A stretch of DNA of 63,718 nt, counting the filler, from Collodictyon triciliatum (taxonomy: Eukaryota): NCBI GenBank assembly GCA_043381765.1. It is 4 parts of 4 records of this genome, joined end to end, with 100 filler letters (N's around TTAATTAATTAA, not from the genome) between each part and the next. Parts side by side here need not be neighbours in the genome. Positions count along the whole stretch, not along the records: positions 1 to 22,728 come from JBHJMP010001275.1; 3 more parts are not named here. One strand, given 5' to 3'. The translations under genes and the position numbers were made by a program. Below are positions 1 through 11,700 of this stretch, piece after piece. A model generated the notes under the pieces. The model searched no databases, was not told where the DNA came from, and saw nothing but the letters and a program-made list of their open reading frames with translations. Positions within the stretch are counted from its first letter, which is position 1. Each line of letters starts with the position of its first letter.

Positions 1-63
1 AAAAAAATAAACAAAAAAAATAAACAAAAAAAAATAAACAAAAAAAATAAACAAATAAACTTG

Positions 64-89
64 TAATAATAATAATAATAATAATAATA

Positions 90-152
<63 letters not shown>
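64..152. repeat. (TAA)n microsatellite
   Basis: Direct reading. Confidence 0.95.
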
Positions 153-153
<1 letters not shown>

Positions 154-160
154 GAAACAG

Positions 161-3100
161 TCTGGCAACCGAGAGTCTCTGGGCTTCCATGATAGCAGAC
201 TATGGGTGCAGAATCAAAGCAGATCGTTGTAGGCTTTCGCCCAGCGCTTCGATGTTCCGATCGGTTCCGTTNNNNNNNNNNNNNNNNNNNNNNNNNNNNN
301 NNNNNNNNNNNNNNNNNNNNNNNNNNNNNNNNNNNNNNNNNNNNNNNNNNNNNNNNNNNNNNNNNNNNNNNNNNNNNNNNNNNNNNNNNNNNNNNNNNNN
401 NNNNNNNNNNNNNNNNNNNNNNNNNNNNNNNNNNNNNNNNNNNNNNNNNNNNNNNNNNNNNNNNNNNNNNNNNNNNNNNNNNNNNNNNNNNNNNNNNNNN
501 NNNNNNNNNNNNNNNNNNNNNNNNNNNNNNNNNNNNNNNNNNNNNNNNNNNNNNNNNNNNNNNNNNNNNNNNNNNNNNNNNNNNNNNNNNNNNNNNNNNN
601 NNNNNNNNNNNNNNNNNNNNNNNNNNNNNNNNNNNNNNNNNNNNNNNNNNNNNNNNNNNNNNNNNNNNNNNNNNNNNNNNNNNNNNNNNNNNAAAACCAA
701 AAACCAAAAACCAAAAACCAAAAACCAAAAACCAAAAACCAAAAAACCAAAAACCAAAAAACCAAAAACCAAAAACCAAAAATAAATGAGCAAGACTTTT
801 AAAATGCAGAAATTATGCGAGGTGTCCCCTATTTTTTTTTTTACCTCTAATATCTCTATTTCTCTTTCATATATTATTCTACTCATTCCTTACAAAATAA
901 TTACTCATAACCAGTATACCACGAGGATTTTGTCCAGTTCGAATGTACATTCATCGACGAAAGTGGGACTGAAGATATACGCCTTTTACTATTGAGTCCA
1001 AATGTCACACAGCGAGAACTTGTGATATCCGTCGCCAGATGCTATAAGGTCTCCCAAGAAATCCTCATGTCCACATTTCTCCCAAAGACACCATTGATAC
1101 CACTTTATTCCTGATATTTTGTAGGCAGGTATTAATTTGTCTTTGTAAACTATGTAATAGAGAAAGATGATGGTTAAATCCATGGCATCCTCGAACGATG
1201 ACGATTTGGAGGCGTATATTGACAAAAATTCAGAAGTCAGGGAACTCATCAATCAGAGAGATGGTGATTTTTATAAATGAAAAGTCTAAAAAATACATGA
1301 TCCATTGCTTTAACTTTACTCCAAGAATTTTAATAGCCCGGCGATCATTTTTTTCTGTAGAATACAGAAGAGTTAAGCTGCTTCTAGCACCTGCAAAACC
1401 TGAACTGTTGGAAGTTGCCGGTATTAATCCCTTCGAATATTGACACATTGGAAAACCTACACTTTCGATGGTTATCTCGATTGATTGTACTACTACATTC
1501 CAATAGAGTACATATTACGCTTGATTCTATATAACTCATTTCTCTCCTTGTAAAGGACTTCTTAATGTTCCAATGTCATCTGTTGCGAATCAGAGGAGGG
1601 CTCATACAAAGGCAATCACGTGCGATTTCATACATCCATGTAGAATTTGTATTCATGATTTTTTCAAAATCTCCTCCCAACATATTTTTCTCTTCAACAA
1701 ATAAATTAAATTTCATGAATAGCTCCATGGTGTTGTGGGACGAAATATTATTCACTTCTTCGGATGACTACACAATCCGAGGATGGAATAAACATGTTAT
1801 TTTCACTTGTGAACTATTTCAGTGATATGTGTCCCTCAAGCCAATCCTCTTGTACTACTGTTCAAATTCAAATATGATGACAAAATGTAGAATGGAGTTT
1901 GCACAAAGGTTTACGAGGGCCACTCAGATAAGATAACCCAGCTCATTTTGCAAAAGTATACATTCTAACTTGTCTCATTTTTATTTTAATTTTTTAAATC
2001 GATACTGTTTCATATCCTTTGTTTTTATTGGTGTTATCTTAAAAAATTCTGCCACTTGTCCTTTTCTATATCTGAAGGCATCCAACCAGGGAGCAACACA
2101 TGTATCTGTGCTCTTGTGGGCGAGATAACAGCGTTCGTATTTGGGACATAGAGGTTTTTTTTCCCCATAAAACAACAAACATAACTTGGTTGTTATAAAA
2201 TGTTGTGATGTGCTCGAAACATTTCTTGTTATCTCTTTCCTTTTATACCATGATTTAATTCATGCGACCCCAATTTTTTCCTTCGAGAAAGTTTCGGTGT
2301 ATCTTAGTTTTTCATTACTCGACCTAATCGACTTGTACTATCGGCTATGTTATCTTTTTTTATCCTGACGATATTGACTGTAAATCACATTACTAAAATG
2401 TATAATAAACTTCTATCGACAGTCAGAAGAATGCATTCGGACGTTCAAAATTCATCAGGACATCGTGACTCAGCTTATATCTGTGGGTGATCGGTTTGTC
2501 TGTAGTTGTGGTCTCGATAACAAGGTCATCATATGGGATGTGAGTGTATTCTTCTTTATTCTTGATTAGAAGGAATATTTCACAATACCATCGCCTAAAA
2601 GCGGGGTTGTCCAAGTCAAGTAACTGCAAGCCAAAGAAATATCCTAATTTTGAAAATTATTTGATCTCAACAGATTTGTGAGCTTAGAGAAATAGCAGTA
2701 TTTGAAAACTATGAATATCCAGTAACCGCGCTGATATATATTGAAAAGTGCAACGCACTCTTTACCGGTGGGATGGATGGCGTCATTTTGCGCTATGACC
2801 TGGTACGGGATTCGCCTCTTTAAATCACAGATGGAAATATTTTAAAAATTTATTGAAATAACATTTATATAAAAGCCCTTATATTTTTATAGATTCTCAA
2901 TATGAAATGAAGGGTAGGTGTCTTCAAACTACCAACATTCCTTAAAAATAATATAGCCAAAAAATGTATTCACTACATAGGATCAAATTGAGGAACTTGG
3001 GTCAGACTTGCAACCGATTCTTATGTCTGGTAAGCTACGAAGCATCTTAGCGACATCATTCACTATTTTGAACGTGTTATATATTTGACTTCGTTTATTG

Positions 3101-6100
3101 GATAGTAGGATGCTATCCAAATCCTTTAAACGAGTCCAACTAGATATCTGTTGAAAACTTCCATGTTTTAATGATTGTTTTCTCCTCAAGGGGTGTACTC
3201 TCATCACGGTGCTGTTTCCTGCTTCGGCACATTCCAGAAAGTCCTCTACAGCGGCTCTAATGATCGATCTATAATTTCTTGGGACCTGGTAAAGTTTTCA
3301 ATATATATACGACCCTACATTATGGTTTCAAATGAACGAAGAGGTCCCTCAAGCAAAGATTTAGAAAAATGGACGCTTTCCGAGATTAGTCTCATGAAGT
3401 TCGCTGAGAATATTTCGATAAAACAACAACACTTCATTACTGCCTTCTTTGGAAAATAGGTCACAAACACATCGGTTCGTATCCTCAAACACAAATCCAG
3501 CCACGACCGTTTCATTACAAACATCATTCCTGTTCCACCTGGAGATTACATAATCACAGCTGGAACTGATGGACATGTCATTCTCTGGGAAAGTCGAGTA
3601 TGAAGCAACTATCTACCCTCCTTGTTTTATTTTTAGAAGAAAAAAAGAAAGTCGTTGAATTTCTTAATACATAGTGGTAAAAATCTTAGTATGATTTGAA
3701 ATCAACACAGCTACAAGTGACGCTCTTTGCTTAAAATAGACTGGAAAGATAATAAGAAAACTTGGAAGACATGTCGCCGAAGTGGACTTTGATTCATTAA
3801 AACCTATGGTAGATTCGATATCTACTTTTAGTATTACCATTATTGTTGATACCATTCATTTATTATTGATGCTCTTTTAACTACTGCTTTCAACCATAAA
3901 CACCTCTTTTTACAAATGCTTGCTCATCGTTTCTGATCATCGGGTATTATGCCGCTGAATTTTAGCTTTAACTCAGCCTATGACATTCAAACAAATATGT
4001 TGTAGGGGTTCATTCTTCTACAGAAGGACACCATGATTTACAGCGGGGAACGAATTCTCCCACCTGCAATTGCAAAAATGAAAGGCTGCAACCCTATCGA
4101 ATTCGTGACTTACGTCTTTGATATGAATGTAAAATTTCACATATGTGCTGGTCAATATATGGCTTTTGTGATTCATGGATGAGTATAGATGGCTCATACC
4201 TAGGGATTTGTAGGATTCATCGTTATTCATGTGTATGAATCCTGTCTAAAATCCATACTTATAATGTAAAGAAACTACTGGAGCCTTCTATTTCTACAAA
4301 ATTAAGCTGCACTCATATTTTACAAGGCCATTTCGACCCGATAAATTGCGGGGTAATAGAAAGATATACATCCTGTCTCTCTCACTTTTTGATGATTTTA
4401 TTTATCGCTCAATATGTTCATACTTTTAACAGCTCATTGACTACGAGAGAAAGATGGTTTATACGGCTGGCGCTGATAGTCACATTAGATCGTTTAGACT
4501 TGTCAAAAAAGACTTTTTCAATTGCTCGTCAAAAGAGAAAAAGGTACTGGCTACCTGTCAAATCAAACAAAATACAAACTTTTTTAAATAAAAAACGCAT
4601 GTGAATTCGTGTATTAGAAAAATAGCACATCTACAAAAAGAAAAAAAAGGAATTAAATCATTAAAAAGTATTTTACGATTTGGTTAATTAGAAAAGATCC
4701 ACATCTTCTCTTCATATCTATGCATCCGTTGGTGACCGACTCAAGTACGAACTTATGCCGAAGTGGATGGCCCCACTAAATCTATTGCTTCTGTTCATTG
4801 ACTTTTTTCGTAAGTTGAAGTTTTTTACCTTTGGTCGTCCAACACTTTGATATATTTCTTCTTTTCTTTAATTTCTTTCTTTCTTTCTTTTTTTTTTTTT
4901 GATCTATATTTACACGCACAATTGTTTATGTGTAACCTTAAATAAAAAAAAAACTACCTGAAAACGCAGAGATGGTCACATACCCCTTCTCGTTGCCGAG
5001 CCAGGATGAACAACAAGGAAGCTCGGATACTAAAGACAGCTCATCTTCCTCCAGCATTCTTCAACTGACAAACTTTGTATTCAATGTAAACAGAAGAAGC
5101 ATAGCTACATGTGACAGATGATTACATACTCATTATTTATAATCTGTATCCAAAGACCAAATCACTCTTTTGCATTTAGCAAAGAGAAGGTAACTGCAGT
5201 GAAATGAAAAATGTTTTTTTTTTATAAAGATACAAGCACGTTAATACAGACTATCTTTGATATATGACACAGAACGAATGGGAGATGCTTTTCTGGCTCA
5301 TATGTTCTGTGTTTATTCCTACACTTTTGCTTTTATTCCGTCATGCACAGGATATCAACTACCAGAACACGCGCTTCTCTAACATAGGTTTTATTACTGA
5401 TAAAAAAAAACTTACGCACAATATCTTCGTTTCGAAGGAATCATCCAAATACCACATAAATGTGTATAGTGCATTCAACCGATTCATTCTTGAAAAATTA
5501 CAGCAAGAACACCGAACCCTTGGGCCAATTTATGGACTTTGATTGTAGTTTATTTGATTTTGGCTGGTGGCTCTATGTTTGTTCCTGTTACAAGGAAGCT
5601 GTTTCAAGGTATGTGTGTTTCATTCATATTAGAACCCTTGCCCATTCTGTTTCTTTCTCACTGGCCCTTTTAAATAATTGGTTTGTAGCTATACTTTCCA
5701 TTTGCAAATCGACCTGATGAAAGATAAAGAAAAGAAGAAAAAACGAAAACGGACTATATGGCCATATCATTTCAAATAAATAACTCAATCTATTCGACAG
5801 TATACAACTGCAGTCTAGTCGTACCAGTCGTTTTTCAGGAGTGTCGTAACATAAAGCACCTGCTTTACATGGTCGTGGCCACTGTCGCAAGTTTATCTTA
5901 CATTATGTGCATCATAAGACTTGCCGGTGTCGAGGGTGATTTGTCGCGAATCAATCTAATCGAATTCCAACAACGCATGCAAGGATACAGGATAAAGTTT
6001 GTTCTCGATAACATCTTACTACATTTTTTTTGAATTTACAATTTGAAATAGTTTTACTACCTACTTGAGAGTTTTTTCCCCTTCATCAGAATCAGAGCAG

Positions 6101-7757
6101 TTGTAACTTTTGGGGCTAAATCCATTCAAAAATCAAATGGATAAACTGAAAACCTTTTTTTTTTTTGTCTCATATCCGACATATGTGCATAGAACCGCTA
6201 ACAGCAACTTTTTTGCCGAGTTTTGGGACCGCTGGGTCGATTGGTCTGATGATATCCCTTCACGCTCTCGAATTCACTTTATGTCCAAGAGTCAGTTTCT
6301 CCTCGATCAAACGTAAATGAATTATCTCACACTGACGAATGACAAAATCGTATACATGTATAAACTTTGTTTCTCTGAAATAGAACACTCGCATTACTGT
6401 TAACATTAGTATTGCCCGTGTTAATATATTATTATTATTATTATTATTATTATGATTATTATTATTATTATTATTATGATTATTATTATTATTATGATTT
6501 GGAGATGAAGTTTAAGTAGCCCGATAAATTATTCGCCTTCATTTATTTACTCGTTCAATACCACGACACAGATATGTATTCATGAAGGCAGCACTTGTTT
6601 TTATATCTGTTTACTTCTACAACTCAATCCAAACTGTTGTGTTCTTCCTTTTGATGACGAATGTATTCATCATGGTCGCAATTCTTCGAAGTCCCCCTTA
6701 CTACTCAAAAACGGTCTCTGCCTTCGTAAGTCAAAATGGCATAATTCTTTTGTCACCTCTGCTACGACTAGAAGTTCATAGCATTTTTTTTTTTATAAAA
6801 AACAAATTCAAATTCAAATACATATGCACAGATTCTTTTTTTTTTTAGTCAGCTATTACTATTCCTCTTCTTAACCTACTAAATAAATGAGAGTTGCCTC
6901 CACACACATGCAGCTCCATACTTACGCATGAGTTTATGTCATAACACACCGCCAGAGATTCTCCATGGTTTGCTGCATCTGCCTCGCATTCTCTGAGATC
7001 ATCATATTCAAAATAGTGGGCATAGAGTCGATGCTCTACTGGGCTCTTTTCATCGGGGGCCTCTGCCCCATGGCTCTGGTTTCATACCAGATCACATGTG
7101 AGTGTTTGCACATATCCACACATCCCACCCACTCAAAACATCGCCCGTATCGCAGACTAAATGCAAACACCCCCGATGCCAGTCTACTACTACACCATGA
7201 AATCGCAGCAGGCCGTGGCGCAGCTTGACATTCTTGACGTCGAGCACACAAGCCCCAAGGGATATCGGCCAGCGAGCGGCAAACACCTGGACAGACCCCA
7301 GGCCGAGAAGGCTGACTCCGAACTACCCGCCGAGTCTGCACCCAACAGAAACCAACCCGAATCGCAGCACCATCCAGCAGCAAGCACCGAAAAAGACGAT
7401 GGTGGCTACAAACACAGCCATAATAATAATAATGATGATGATGATGATAATGATGATGATGATGATGCCGCTGCACCGTCGTCCTTCTCCGCAGCCTCCA
7501 TCCAGCAGAAGAGCGCGTATGCAGAGTCCTCCAGCGCAGCCGCCATGTCTCCAACCACAGCCGCCTTCGAAGCACACGCCACTCCGCCGCAGAAAGTGAT
7601 GCAGATAAGAAACCCGCCAAACTTGGGGCCTGTCAAAACGCGGTTGCCACACGCAGGCGTTCTTCCGGCAGCCCCGCCAAAGCCCGGCACGCGCGTTCTC
7701 CCCCCGATAGCCTCCTCCAGAGTCGCCCCAAGTCCGCCGCCTGCAAAGGACGCTTAG
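161..7757 (+). CDS. Multi-exon protein: PB1-like domain, WD40 repeats, multi-pass TM domain and Pro/acidic tail (5' end outside window)
   Basis: Manually joined GT-AG exons: EDIRLLLLSPNVTQRELV..SNDDDLEAY (PB1-like, ~915-1264); WD repeats LFTSSDDYTIRGWN, CSCGRDNSVRIWD, CSCGLDNKVIIWD, YSGSNDRSIISWD, ITAGTDGHVILWE, GHFDPINC..YTAGADSHIRSF; TM block LLLLFIDFFQMVTYPF, MFVPVTRKLFQVYNC..EC..KHLLY, SPPYYSKT; last exon reaches TAG at 7757. A few internal junctions are unresolved. Confidence 0.75.
693..782. repeat. (AAAAACC)n heptamer repeat at gap edge
   Basis: Direct reading. Confidence 0.9.
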
Positions 7758-8771
7758 CGATGTCTTGCCTGCCCCTTTGGCGCTTCCCTTCCGCTTCCGC
7801 TTGCTTGCTTGCCGCGGTTTGTGTCTTGAGAACTCTGCACAGCCTCCAAAGCGCGCAGTCCAAACACAAAACACAGGAAACGCAAGAAACAAGGATCCGT
7901 GCAAGAAAAAGACAAGGGAAGAGAAAAGAGTAGTATTATTGCATTATAAAGCGACTCGCAACTTGTCAGGAAGCCACGCGCTTTGCCGGAAACCCCGAGT
8001 CTCTGGGATAATGGAGTCAAAGGGCGCTGTGCTGATCTCTGGGCGCTTGTTTTTACTCTCGATTTTTTCTTTCTGTCTTTTGTTTTCTTTGGAGCAGGAT
8101 CCCTCTCTGGCTGACTTCCTTGCGCTGCGTTTGCATCGAAGCATCGAAGTAAAAAAGAAAAAAAAGAAAGAAAGGAAGGAGGGAAGAAAGAGTCGCTCGC
8201 ACAATAGTGCAATGGCCGTGATCGCCGCTCCGTCGCTTCTTCCATTCTTGTGCGGGGCTGCTTTGATCGTCGCTGGCGTCTTCGTGCCGCTCTTCCGGCT
8301 CTACAAGAACAGGCATCCAGAGACAAAGCAGACGTGATCTGCCTCCACTTTTCTTCTTCGGCCTTTCCCTCAGTTCGTTTGCGCGGTTGTACTCCCTCCC
8401 TCTCAAAGACATGGCTCTCCTCACACGCCCGCAACCTTTCTCTGATAATACACCGCCAAGATATCTGCATCGAAAAACAGCTGCAATGGCTTTCATTCGA
8501 AGGAGAATGGTCGAAGCCTGTGGAGGATTTAGGGAAGAAAAAAAGGCGATTGAAAGCAAAAAGCACAACTTGTCAGGTGAAGAAGGCCACCACTTCCAAT
8601 TGTACGAGGCGGCGTAGAGGCAGTAGAAAATAAGAGAAAAAAAAAGGAGGGAATAGAGAAGAGAGCAAGAATGAAAGGAAAGAGTTGCTGCTTGGAGCGA
8701 AACATGAAACACACGGAGCAAAAGTCCGCCAGAGCTCGTTGCCGTCTGCTTGATGCTCCCCCCAGACATTC

Positions 8772-11700
8772 CTATTCGCCCTGCTCTTCCATCCACTCGA
8801 CATTCTTGCTGAACATCATCCACACGTCTGTCTGCTCCACCACACGGTATAAACTCACCGCCCTTTTCATCATGATTTCTGCCTGTTCGCACTCTTCAGC
8901 CTTAAAGCCTCTCAAACGTTGCATATCTCGTACAATCGCTTCAGTGGCCTAATCAAGAGTGAAGCGAAGCTCAGCTCACACATGCCTACGTTCAATCCAT
9001 AGACGCTTTCGCTTTGGTTTTGTGCGAGCGTGTGATATTAATTATAATAAAATAAAATAAAAAACAGTCCAAAATGACTGGTTTTAGCATCTCTTCAAAG
9101 AGCCTCAACCAAACTCACATGAATAATGCCGCTTCTCACTCTCCTCGATACGGCAAGCGTAGTGCAAACTAAGTCCACACCAAAACAAAAAAAAATGTAT
9201 TATAGTCGTACCCAAGTATTCGACTTTTTTCTTCATTAACTCATATTCGATTCATTCGAATAAAGGAAAAAAATTCATATTTGATTCATACTATATATAC
9301 ATGACTTTTAAATCAGTGGGATATATAATCACATACCTGCATCTCCAAAGCAATCATACATAAACTCATGATTTCCTGTATTCAATACATGAAACCGTTG
9401 CTCAGCCAGCCATAGATAATTACATACAGCCCACAAAGAAGCGAAGACATAAATAAGTAGCTGACTTCTTACCTATCAATCCGTAAACCAGATTTCCTTT
9501 GTCGATGCATATCCCGGCTTGGACGCCATTGTTTGATTCAAGGCGGCTCATAAGATTGAAGAAATTCACAACCTTTAAATCGAATATCGTCAGATTCCCT
9601 GCGAGAACCATTCGATTGCATTCACTATGTGAGCTTATGAAGAAATATTCTATTTCAAGCAGCTACTACTTGAAATCCGAACTGCAGTGCTTGCTCCAAA
9701 AGCTTTGTGGTCTTCTCTAGACTTTTGTTTGAGTCGATGGCTTTCGGGATGACCTAAACGATTCAATTGCTAAGTAAATGCAAAAACAATGACATACTGC
9801 GGTCGATTCTATACACTTTGAAGGTATTCCAGCCATAGTGATGTAAAGGGATGCTTACAACCACATGGCTTGAAGACGCTTTGACCACCTCCATGCGAAG
9901 CGATTTCGCCAGACCCTCGATAGCCCTGACCGTATCTGTTGTGTATATGTGTGTTTGTTTGGAAAGATAGACGCGTCTCACAAGTCACGCACAAATCCAA
10001 ATATCCTGACCTGATACTCTCACGAAATCTGACCCGGTAGTATCCACCTCTTTTGCAAACAGATATCGTATGTGAATGGTAACGATGACCGAGTCTTGGA
10101 TAAAAGAATTTGAGGAGAAGCGGTTGCCCCTGAGATTTTCAAGCATTTGGTCGTTCAAAGCTGAGAGAAGCACCTTCTCATTTGTCTCGTTTTCATCAAC
10201 GAGCTCGTCAATGCCCTTAAATGTGTAGATATGACAAAAAAGGAAGAATAAATTCATGTGATGGATGAAATTCTTGATTTATATTGGGTGAGTGCTTCAT
10301 GTAAATGAACGGCATGAAAGTAGAAGAGGTTCAACATTCAAATATATAATGGGTACCTTGTTCAGATGGTTTGTATCTAGATATTCTTTCCTCGTATTTA
10401 AATCTCGGGATATTGAGAGAGAATAGAATATAAAAAACGGTATCGCTGACCAATTCACTATAGAAACCCCTCTCTGATTTTGAGCGATGCTAGAGAATTA
10501 ACAATCAGCACCACAATATATAATTTATCAAAAGGATTCTAAAGTACTTACCCCATTTTCGCATTATAATGAAATACTAAAAACATCCAGGATGATAGCC
10601 ATACAAATATTTGCATTAAAATAGGACATGTTGAGACTGACAAGGATGAAACAAAATAGAAGCCGATTTGGTATATCTCTGAGAATAGGAACCCTGATTT
10701 ATACCAATTTAAATGACAACCAAGACCGTAATCTCCATAGACCAGCAGCAAGCGACTCAAAGAGAAGGTTCCATACACCATCCCAACAATCAATGGTATG
10801 TCCCAAATATTCACCATCTTGTAGATGTAGCTCTCCGATGATTCCCAAAAGTAAAATGCTCCCGACAAGCACACTACAACAGGAAGACTCACAAAATATC
10901 GCACAAAAAATATCGGACTTGTTGCTACGTCCAAGTCTTGGCATTCCTCCTCCAAAATACAATAGTCGATATATCCATAGCAAATCAACGATAAAATCAC
11001 AGACAATAGCTGTATCCTGGTGCGTGTCATCATTCAATAATGAGCTTACTTTTCCTTCAAAATACCGACCAAGCTCTGTCCAATATGATAATCTAATAAC
11101 CATGTCAGTATATTTATCATAACTGATATTTACTCACATCGTGGTTTTCCTGTTTCTCTTCGTCTGCAAGCTTCTCTGGAAATCCTCTTCCTCCTCTTTT
11201 CTCACGAATCGCAGGTCTCCAAACGTCCCAAACAATCCTCTTGTTTGACGAGCGAGCTTGTATGGATTTGCAGACTCTACATCCTGTAAATAGAGACACT
11301 GTCACTGCAATATTTTGTTCTGCGCAGGGGTTATCAAACCATATTTCCTCATTCTATCGTTAGTCTCACAAGGCACCTACCACCTGGCTATCTTTTGTCC
11401 CCAGTGTTTGTGCCGTGTCTTCAAACTCCTTATGAATGCTTCGGCCCAGTGCATGCTGGACAGGATTTCCCTGAATACCTATTTGACTGGCGTACTTGAG
11501 CATCCACCTTTGTTTCGGCTGCACATTTGACGTGAAGTGCACCTTCTCGAATGAGCAAATGTCGCTCTATATCGCCGGACGAAAAGATAAAGATATCATA
11601 TGATGTGAATATATTTGCAAAGAAGGTTACAAATGGCTGAAATGATGTTTTGAGGGTCTCTTTGAGCGATGTGGATGTCTTTTCACTCCCAAAATCGCTC

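Noticed and set aside
693-782. (AAAAACC)n as a telomeric repeat
   Set aside because: Lies between exons of one gene next to a gap, in a genome full of intronic simple repeats.
981-991. GCCTTTTACTA resembling U5 snRNA loop I
   Set aside because: Falls within a coding exon (IRLLLL) with no flanking stem or Sm site.
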